NCBI GenBank assembly: GCA_964016885.1
Contig: OZ024740.1
Coordinates: 107,818,001 to 107,882,000 of the forward strand
Reading direction: 5' to 3'
DNA: 64,000 nt
Source: Eledone cirrhosa
Taxonomy: Eukaryota
Shown here: one piece after another, positions 53,726 through 64,000 of the stretch
Layout of the letters: each line of letters opens with the position of its first letter
Numbering within the stretch: the stretch's first letter is position 1
Translations under genes and position numbers: made by a program
Notes under the pieces: generated by a model
What the model saw: only the letters and a program-made list of their open reading frames with translations
Told to the model about the DNA's origin: nothing
Databases searched by the model: none

Positions 53726-55445
53726 CCTGTGTTGATATTATATGCAAGTATATATACATGTAGATATAATACATCAAATAACATCATAATTGACAATATA
53801 CACAGAAATTGAACGAAGACTGCGTTACACTGTCTTATGTAATCAGTAACGTAATCCATGATACATTAAAAAAAGACGATATTATATATAAACTGCATTA
53901 GGAGAAAATTAGTGACGGAAATATATGAATGTTTATTTAAGCGATCGCTAACCGGAAGTATTGACATTTGAAAATTTTAAAGAAGTGAATCTTTAAATAA
54001 ACAATAAAATATATTTAATCAAAAGCTACGAAATTTAGTAGATAAATTATGTAATATTCATTCATTATTTATTCAAAATCCGCCGAGGTTAACTTTGCCT
54101 TTCATCCTTACGGGGTCGATAAAATAAAGTACCAGTAATGCACTGGGATAATTGCTGGCCTTGTGCCAAAAGTAGAAACAATTATTTATTCAAAGTAATC
54201 CAACTTATTTTACTTATGGGATAAAAAATTATAAACCGTAAGCAGTCCCGCACTCCTTACTTTATTATAGTTTAGATTGTATGGGGGTGAGTTAGTGTGT
54301 GTGTGTGTGTGCAAGCGACTGTGTGTATGTGCAATTAAGTGTGTGTGTATGTGCAATTGAAAGTGTGTGTGTACAATTGAGTGTGTGTGTGTTGGGGGTA
54401 ATTAAGCGTGTGTGTATGTGCAAGTGAGTGTGTGTGCGCGTGTGTAGATGAACAATGATCTGTGTGTGTATATAAAATAATATATAATATATGTATATAA
54501 AATAGTATATAAAATGTATATAAAATAGTATATAATATATGTCTATGTAATGTGTGTGTGTATGTCTGTGCAGGTTGTATAAATATCAGTGATTGTGAAT
54601 GTATGTCTGTGTTTGTATGATGTATGCATTGCTGTGGAAATATGTATGTAAGTTTGACTCTGGGGTGTGTATGTGTGTTGGTGCTGTATATGTGTATGTG
54701 TGTTGGTGCATTGTATGTGTATGTTTACATACGTAGATTGTGTGTGTAGATGTATGTGTGTAGTTAAGTGTCAGTATGTGTAGAGGGCAAATGCAGATTG
54801 ATGTAGTGTGTATGTATTGGATGTGTTGAGTTATATGCATGTTGTGTGTGATTATGTGATGCGTCCATGCAGGGAATATTGTACATTGCTGTGTGTGTGT
54901 GTGTGTGAATGTGTCATTGAGTGTGAGAGTGTGGAAGTGGGTGGTGTAGAGTGTGGTGTGCATTGCTGTATGTGTGTGTGAGTTTGTGGGGTGTACAGAG
55001 TGTGGTGTGCAATGCTGTGTGTGTGTGAGAGTTTGGGTGGTGTACAGAGTGTGGTGTGCAATGCTGTGTATGTGTGTGTGAGTGTGTATAGCTGAGTGTG
55101 AGAGTTTGGGGTGGGTGATGTACATACAGTGACAAAAACAGCTGAGAAAACAAAACATTAGGTTTCAATAAGTAACAAAAAGACTCATCTGACAGGTATA
55201 GAATGGTGGAATATTAGTAGGAATTACTCGATAGTAATGTGAGTGGTAGATGTAGAATTTGTAAATTATACAAAACAAGCTGCAGATAGTTTGGAGAATA
55301 AAACGAAATGGTTTTTATTTGTTGTTGTTTTACTTGGTAGATGAGGAAGAAGAGCCAGTGCACATGGTTCTCACCAGCCACCTCACCCCTCTCTAACCCA
55401 GAAAGATCTATGTAGTTGATTGATATTCTGTTTATATTATTGCAG

Positions 55446-55601
55446 GTACACTATTTCCAGAAAGACATTCTTGAAAGTTTAAGGGTTTTTAATAGTATAT
55501 ACTTATGTGTAAATCACACATCTACTTTACAATGTATTGTGTATTATGTAAGTGCAGTGGATAAATCACATGCTGCTTTTTGTGTATTTTCGCGGAAAAA
55601 G
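55446..55601 (+). CDS. Candidate internal exon (156 nt), product unknown
   Basis: Acceptor TTATATTATTGCAG|G, donor AAG|GTATGA, one open frame VHYFQKDILES..CVFSRKK; no recognisable domain. Confidence 0.2.
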
Positions 55602-56969
55602 GTATGACTTATATATCATCATCATCATTATCATCATCCCAGTTGGATGGGTCTTTTCCAGTATAGCAACCCTCCACCTATTGCATTCTTTCATTGAAAC
55701 AGTGAGCTTCAGTGATTTGAGATCAACTTTCACCATCTCTATTCAGATCTTCTTTGGCCTTCTACTCTAACTTCGTTCCACTGGGATTGGTACTTATTTA
55801 CCCAGTGATCATCATCCACCAAAGCATGCACTTATCCTTTGCTCACAACCATGCAACATCGCATATTGCATGCAAGCATCATATAGCCAGGCTTTCATTT
55901 GTAGAGAGAAACCCTTTATCAACAGAGATTGTAACTTACGAAACTGTTTCCATCCTGTTCTTATTCTACTAGCTAGTATGCTCTCAGAACAACCTCATCC
56001 ATTTCTATGGAGCCTTTCTAGGGACTGGAAAACATTTATTTCACTGATGTTTTTACTACCAATTATCCTTATACATCTGTCACACATGAGTATATATAGT
56101 AATTAGTTGTTACTTTTAAACTTCTAACAAACAAAAAATGAAATAATTAAGGTGAGTGTAATGAAAACAGTTTGGTATGATGAGGATGGTGGATCTTCCA
56201 TTGGGTTTCACAATGAGCATTCAGTTGGATCAACTGAACATTCAATCTGTGAATAAAATTTCAAAGTGGTTGAGTATTCCACAGACACATGTACCCTTAA
56301 TGTAATTCTCAAGTTGAATCAGTGTAACACATGTGACAAGACTGGATCTTTGAATTACAGGTACAATCTATCTGGCAAGCTTTTGCGGTTTCCATCTACA
56401 CAATTTCACTTACATGCCATGGATCGACTTGAAGCTATGATAAAGACACTTGTCTAACAAACCACACAGTGGAATCGAACCCAGGTCCTTATGATTGTGA
56501 AGTGAACCTCTTAACCACTCAATTTGTTATAGTTCAGCATAATTTCATGCAGTTTTTTCTTTTAGTTTACATTAAAGAAATTGAGTAAATGTCCCAAGAT
56601 TTAATTGTTATATTCAAAGTACTGCAACTACCACCACAATAACAACAACATCTTCATCCACATCATCTTTATTATCTTTATCATCATTAGCAGCTGCATT
56701 TATTTATAACTACTTTTAAAGTATAATTATCATTATCTATATAACTATTTTTATAGCCTTCAACATCATCTACTTTATTGGTTTTAGCTACTAGGCTGTG
56801 GTCATGCTGGTGCACCAACTTAATTCAGATTTAGTTAATTATATCGAAACCAGTAATACAGAAAACCCGTTTTACCATTGGCACAGGCTGAATCTGAAGC
56901 ATACATACATATAGTATGCACCACCCTCCCATACACCTCTCACGAGGGCAGGCTGTAGCATACATCTAG

Positions 56970-57510
56970 TGAAGCCTCCAGCCCACACTGTAAAGTGGTC
57001 GTGTAGGCGTCACAACAAAAAGTACCCAGCACACACTGTAAATATGGTTGGTGTTAGGAAGGGCATCCAGCTGTAGAAACCAAGCCAGAAACAGTTCTGT
57101 GTGAGCAAGACACGGTCACCTGAAGTAACTTGCCTTAAACGGGACAACCCCTCTAACCCATGCTAGTGTGGAAAAATGGATGTTAAACAGTGATGATGAT
57201 ACACATACACACACATATATATATATATACACACACACACACAAATATGTGTAGGTGTCACGACAAAAAACAGACAGTCCACGCTGTAATGTGGCCGTGT
57301 AGGTAACATGGTAAAAAAGTTCCCAGTTCCACTCTGTAAATGTGGTTGGTGTTAGGAAGAGCATCCAGCCGTAGAAAACCTGCCAGATAGTCCTATATGA
57401 GCGAGACACGGTCACCCAACCAACTTTGCCTCAAGTGGGACAACTCCCGTCTAACCCATGCTAGCATGGAAGATAGACGTTAAACGAAGATGATGACGAT
57501 GATGATGATG
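56970..57510 (+). mobile_element. Two tandem RTE 3'-UTR/tail fragments
   Basis: GGTTGGTGTTAGGAAG.GCATCCAGC..CTAACCCATGCTAG..(GAT)n occurs twice. Confidence 0.8.
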
Positions 57511-57589
57511 TATATATATGTACGTATGTATACATATATGTACGTATGTACATATATATATACATGGAGGCACATATATATATATACAT

Positions 57590-57988
57590 GGAGGCACATG
57601 GCTTAGTGGTTAGAGTATTGGCCTTGCAATCGAAAGGTTGTGAGTTCAATTCTCAGACCGGGTGATGTGTTGTTTCCTTGAGCAAGACACTTTATTTCAC
57701 ATTGTTCCAGTTCACTCAGCTGTAGAAATGAGATGATAGGGACTGGGGTCCCTATCATTCCACTGCAAAGTGGTGGTGGAGGTGCCACGGCAAAAAAAAA
57801 GCACCCAGCCCACACTGTAAAGTGGACGTATAGGCGCCACGGAAAAAAAGCACCCAGCACTCACTGTAAATGAGGTTGGTGTTAGGAAGGGCATCCAGCT
57901 ATAGAAACCAAGCCAGAATCAGTTCCCGTCCCACCCTTGCAAGCAGGGAAAAGCGGATGTAAAATGAAATGTTGATGAAATGATGATG
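57590..57988 (+). mobile_element. Full-length CORE-type SINE
   Basis: A and B boxes, CORE-like block, RTE-like repeats and 3' hairpin CCCTTGCAAGCAGGG. Confidence 0.88.
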
Positions 57989-58249
57989 TATATATATGTA
58001 CGTATATATATATATATATATATACGTACGTATGTATATATATGTACGTATGCATATATATATGTACGTATGTATATATATATATGGCAGGCTTCTGCAG
58101 TTTCTATCAACCAAATTTCACTTACAAGTCATTGGTTATCTCGAAGGGCTGTAGTAGAAGACACACGTCCAGGTGACAACACAGTGGGACTGAACTTGAA
58201 ACCAAGTGGTTGTGAAGTGAACTCATAAACCATATAAACATACCTGAAA

Positions 58250-59700
58250 TCATCGTCATCATCTCTATAACTATTTTATAATCATCACCATCATCTATAT
58301 AACTCTTTTATAACAATCATCATCACCATCATTTATATAACTATGTTATAACCATCATCACCATCACCATATAATATAAAACTACATCATCACCATCACT
58401 ATATAACTATTTTATAACCATCATCATCATCTATATAACTATGTTATAACCCTAGATGGATTGGCAGTATCGGTAGAGGGTCGGACGCCATGCTTTGCAG
58501 CATAGAGTTACGGCCCTTTATGGTCTGAGTTCAAATCCCGCCGAGGCTAACTTTGCTTTTCATCCTTACGGGGTTGATAAAATAAAGTACCAGTAATGCA
58601 CTGGGATAATTGCTGGCCTTGTGCCAAAAGTAGAAATAATTAACTATATAACTATATTATAACCATCATCATCACCATCATCTATATAACTATTTTATAA
58701 CCATCGTCATCACCATCATCTCCATAACTATATTATAACCATCACCATCATCTATATAACTATATTACAACCATTATCATCACCATCATCTATATAACTA
58801 TATTATAACCATCATCACTACCATTATCTATATAATTATTTTATAGCCATCATCATCACCATCATCTATATAACTATGTTATAACCATCATCACTATCAT
58901 CACCATCATCTATTTAACTACGTTATAACCATCATCATCTATATAACTATTTTATAACCACCATCAACTATATAACTATATTACAACCATCATCATGACC
59001 AACACCATCATCTATATAACTATATTATAACCATCATCAACATCACCATCACTATCATCACTATCATCTATATAACTATATTATAACCATCATCATCACC
59101 ATCACTATCATCTATATAACTGTATTATAACCATCGTCATCACCATCATCCATATAACTATTTTATAACCATCACCATCATCTATATAACTATTTTATAA
59201 CCATCACCATCATCTATATAACTGTATTATAACCACCATCATCACCATCATCTATATAACTATTTTATAACCATCATCACTACCATTATCTATATAACTG
59301 TATTATAACCATGATCATCATCATCACCATCACCATCGCCATCATCTATATAACTATTTTATAACCATCATCACTACCATTATCTATATAACTGTATTAT
59401 AACCATGATCATCATCTATATAACTGTATTATAACCACCATCATCTATATAACTATTTTATAACCATCATCACTACCATTATCTATATAACTGTATTATA
59501 ACCATGATCATCATCATCACCATCACCATCGCCATCATCTATATAACTATTTTATAACCATCATCACTACCATTATCTATATAACTGTATTATAACCATG
59601 ATCATCATCATCACCATCACCATCGCCATCATCTATATAACTATTTTATAACCATCATCATCACCATCATTTATATAATTATTTTGTCATACCCATCACT
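58250..59700. repeat. Composite minisatellite (ACCATC)n-TATATAACTATTTTATA with a Nin-SINE inserted at ~58457-58642
   Basis: A constant AT-rich core alternates with variable CAT/CAC runs. Confidence 0.9.
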
Positions 59701-59718
59701 ACCATCATCATTATATCA

Positions 59719-60260
59719 ATCATCATCATCATCATCATCAACGTTTAACGTCCGTGTTCCACGCTTGCATGGGTTTGGACGGGGGTAGTCCCACTTGAGG
59801 CAAGAGTGATTGTCTTGCTCGCATAGGACTGTCTGGCAGGTTTTCTACAGTTGGATGCCCTTCCTAACACCAACCACATTTACAGTGTGGGTCTGGGAGG
59901 TTTTTACCGTGTTGCCTACACAGCCACATTACAGCGTGGACTGTGTGTTTTTTTGTCGTGACACCTACACGATCTCATTTGTTTCGGCCTGGATGGCGCG
60001 GCACCAACATAACTTTACATAGAACGGGGTGGTGTGGATGGGGTGGGGGTGGCGGCGGGAGGGGTGTATTTTGTTAGAGATGCCTACTGGCAAGGCGGGT
60101 CTTCTCTGTTACTGAGTACCGCCAAAGGTCACGGTCCAGTGACATTGTCTTGGAGAGGTGTAAGTGTGTGAGGTCGGAGTTTATCAGCTCATCCCATGTT
60201 TTTCTAGGTCTGCCTATTCCGTGGCTACCGTCTATCTTTATTGCCCTGCACTTTGTAATA
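59719..60260 (-). mobile_element. 5'-truncated RTE LINE, near-identical to 37342-37885
   Basis: Constant offset of 22375; only one difference noticed (37547 g vs 59922 a). Confidence 0.92.
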
Positions 60261-60294
60261 TCGTTATTATTGTTATTATTTGTAGTTGTTGTTA

Positions 60295-60484
60295 GGGCAG
60301 TGGATTGGCAGTATCGGTAGAGGGTCGGACGCCATGCTTTCCAGCATAGTTACGTCCCTTTACGATCTGAGTTCAAATCCCGCCGAGGTTGACTTTGCCT
60401 TTCATCCTTACGGGGTCGATAAAATAAAGTACCAGTAATGCACTGGGTAATTGCTGGCCTTGTGCCTAAAGTAGAAACAATTAT
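60295..60484 (+). mobile_element. Nin/Deu-domain SINE, full length
   Basis: A box TGGCAGTATCGG, B box GAGTTCAAATCC and the Nin domain. Confidence 0.87.
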
Positions 60485-60921
60485 TTGTAGTTGTTATTGT
60501 TGCTATTCTATAATTGTGTTAATTTAAATTTATTTACATTCAGTTTTATATGACGCTGGTATTTTAATGGGAATCATTTGACAAATATATTTCCTTCGGT
60601 ATTATTTATTAACTTTGGATACAAATTTAAACAAAGACGCAATATAATTATATGTATAAACAAAACTGTTGAAAACACATTTTGCTGTTAAAAAAAAATC
60701 TACCCCCATTTAGCTATTGTTGACATTACTTACTTGTAAATGTGTCAGCATTCACCGAGGAACAGTTGAGCTGGTTCCAAACAAGGAATCTACAACATCA
60801 CCAACAAAGGACACCAATTGCATGGTGATTACAGACAATCCATGCAGACATTATCAGCCAGTGATAAATCTAATGGCAAGGACTGGATATTAACTCAATA
60901 TGTGACTTGATTATGCCAATC

Positions 60922-61123
60922 TATGAGGGTCAACTGAAAGGTTCATAAGCTGACTATTAAGGAGTGATGCTAGAGCTGTGGTGAAATCTTGCATGCATTA
61001 ATTTTAACTCTTATTAATAACTGCATCGTTTATTTCCAGGGACTATGTTGAAAAATAAACTTTATTTGGCCATTACATGAGAGTATCATGGTCAGCTTAT
61101 GAACTTTTTGGCCGACCCTCGTA
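60922..61123. mobile_element. Tc1/mariner-type MITE with TA flanks
   Basis: TATGAGGGTCAACTGAAAGGTTCATAAGCTGAC..GTCAGCTTATGAACTTTTTGGCCGACCCTCGTA. Confidence 0.78.
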
Positions 61124-61742
61124 TGTTTTCAGCTGTCTGCCTCGCCATTTATGCAATTCGTGGAGAGGCTGTTGTAATGCAACTGCATTGTGAATGAGTT
61201 CACTTCATGGGTGGTAGAGTATGTGACTAAACCAATAGAGGTGTCTATTGAGTTGGAGTTGTTGGAAATAATTGATCCAGCAATTATAACAAATTCAGAC
61301 ATAACTAATTAACAAATATGAGATTATCTCAGGCATAGACAATGGAATGGGGACAATCTACTACTATGGTTTAAGTAAGAGCTTCATTTGAATATCTGAT
61401 TAACTTTCTCCCCAAACTGACTTTGGAACACTACAAGCTAAACTTAAAGGACTAACAAGGAAATATGAAAATGCTTTAAAAAATGAGTCATGCCTTCAAT
61501 ATAACACATATAGGTGTGTGTGTGTGTGTGTGTGCATGCGTGCGTATGTTATTCATTTCATATAAGCCCCAGTTCTTCGGACAATCAGCCATTTTGTAAA
61601 TAGCCGATCATCCAAAAAACTGAGTACTTCTGTACCTAGCAAAACAATTGTAATGAATATGCCATGTTTTCAGTAGCTTAATAAATTGTGTGTGTAGAAT
61701 ATAAATGCAGATATATGTGTATGTGTGTGCAGAATATAAATG

Positions 61743-61940
<198 letters not shown>

Positions 61941-63844
61941 TGCGCGCGCGCGCGTGCGTGCGTGCGTGCGTGGTTAAAACAACCACTTGTTGATATCCAT
62001 TTTAAAGTATCACTGATAAGAAAATGTCAAAAGTAAAAATGACTTAATCTGTTGGAAGAAGTGGAAAGCATGAAAAAGGTTGATAGAAGGTCTGCCACTT
62101 GATAGATAGCATATTAAAGTGATATGAGAGGAGAAGAATTCAGGATATATATATTAGACTGGAATTATAGAAGAACAACAAATTGCTCTAGACACACACC
62201 AGTGTAGCACATAGACACAACACTGTAAAGTATTCTCAGATTTAATTTAAGAATGAAAGGCCATATATTCATTGCAAAAAAATATACTTTATTTTCAGAC
62301 ATATACAACCACTATTTGTGTTGAAATCATTTCCTCAAAATTTCAAACCACAATAAACAAATCACAGTAAGGTGTTTATTTCAGTTCAGTTGGGTTTTCT
62401 TATAAAAATAGAAATATTTACAGAGAAAAGATTCCACGCTGGATGTTATAGTGTTAAACTATGTCATCATATATCAGTTTAAAGTCTTTCTCTCAAGCCT
62501 AGAGGCTCATCAGACCAGGGCTTATCCCACTTGCAGGGTGTTAAACAACTGAGATAAACATTACCCACCCTGCTACTGGTACTCTTTTTTTTTTTAGCTG
62601 AGTAGACTAGAGCAACATAACATGGAGTGTCTTGCTCAAGGGCAGAATGCATCATCTGGTCTGTGAATCAAGCCCATGAGTTTAAAAGAGTATGTCAATT
62701 CTAAGATTGCCTTGTCTTCTATTATAATTCTTTTTACATTTAGGGTATCTTTTAGGAATATAAATCAACCTCAGTACTTCACTTGTACTATCATTTTATT
62801 AACTACCCCAAAGTATGACAGGTAAATTTAACCTCAGCAGAATTTCAACTCGGAATATAAAGGGCTGTAACTAAATAGACCTTGGAATTTTGTCTGACGT
62901 TAATAATTCAACCAATCAACCATTGATTATTAAGAAATTGACAATGATAAATTTCTACAACTAAATTATTAAACATTCATAAAAGATTCTGAAAGAAATC
63001 TGTAAATGTAGGATGTTCCTAAAATTCACATGAACCAAACATTTAACCTTTCCATTACCATATTTATCAGGAAATACAAAATTTATTTTTTTTATACTTA
63101 ATTTTGAAAACAATCAAGAATTTTGAAGGATTTAGTAAAATAACTTTTTCTGATTTTTAAGCTGGGGTTTGAAATAACATAACAGAATCTTCATACATAA
63201 AATTACAATAGAAGGTTTAAAATTAAATATGAACATGCTGTAAATGTGGTTGGCATTAGGAAAGGCATCTAGTCATAGAAACCAAGCCAAAAGCAGTTCT
63301 GTATGAGCAAGACATAGTCATCTAACTTGACTTGACTCACAATGAGACAACTCGTCTAACCCATGCTATCGTGGAAAAATGAACATTAAATGATGATGAT
63401 GATAAACACTTTAATATAAATGGTTTTGTATCATAAAACCAGGGTCAATTTCCAGTGGTTTGGTATCAGAAGGGTTAGAACTGATAATGCTTGTACTATA
63501 CTTTTACTTTCAAACTTTCCCTTCTTCTTTTATCTCTTTCTCTCATTTTTACTCCCTCCACTTATCTCTTTCTAACTCTCTCCCTCCTGTGTCCTCTCTT
63601 TCTTTTTGTTACTCCCACTACCCAAGAAATTCTCATACTATAAATACATCTGAATCTACAGAGAAATACATAAACAACATATGTTTACATATATAAATAT
63701 GTGTGCATTTACATACACATTTTCATAGCTTTGGTTAAAACCTTGTACTGATTGTGTATAGATATGAATTTATAGAATATGTCAGCTGTTTAGTACACAA
63801 TTTAATATATAATTGAATTAATTACTACTGTAAGTACTAATGAC

Positions 63845-63975
63845 AGGGAAACTGTCACATCCAGCTCACTGTTACTGCCTCACAAGATGTGTTTATAAAG
63901 CCTAAAGTCTACCACTGTAAGTATTAATAATAGGGAAACTGTCACATCCAACTCACTGTTACTGCCTCACAAGCC
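63845..63975. repeat. Short direct duplication (42-bp block, ~87-bp period)
   Basis: AGGGAAACTGTCACATCCA.CTCACTGTTACTGCCTCACAAG occurs twice. Confidence 0.8.
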
Positions 63976-64000
63976 TTAACCCATTAACATTTACATTACT

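Noticed and set aside
60745-60830. AFTEEQL-SWFQTR peptide resembling homeodomain pieces
   Set aside because: The spacing is incompatible with a homeodomain and a stop follows; likely chance.
62480-62520. Minus-strand CTGATGA-GCC TCTA GGC hammerhead-like start
   Set aside because: GAAA does not follow stem II directly and there are no stems I or III; it lies in a SINE-like repeat.

Overview
AT-rich, microsatellite-dense eukaryotic DNA that is almost entirely repeats. Its repeat set (RTE LINEs with (GAT)n tails, CORE- and Nin/Deu-type tRNA SINEs, TTAA and TA MITEs) points to an octopus or other cephalopod; that assignment is inference. I could not identify a convincing host protein-coding gene, and most ORFs in the track are microsatellite artefacts. 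The most interesting signal is a set of type I hammerhead ribozymes tied to Penelope-like elements (PLEs, Naiad-type RT plus GIY-YIG). (1) A 459-bp tandem unit at 39123-40158 carries one hammerhead per unit, which is the retrozyme layout. (2) A diverged relative with compensatory changes in its helices is fused head-to-head to the truncated 5' end of a PLE at about 15461. (3) A further hammerhead lies in that PLE's 3' end. (4) These cores share an unusual symmetric mismatch (A.A or U.U) at the base of stem II. Also notable are a 3.8-kb fold-back PLE, a perfect 154-bp palindrome, an 11-copy 61-bp hairpin array with pre-miRNA geometry, a PHD-like finger inside an RTE reverse transcriptase, and an unidentified ORF remnant with a coding substitution pattern. 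All alignments and folds were done by eye.
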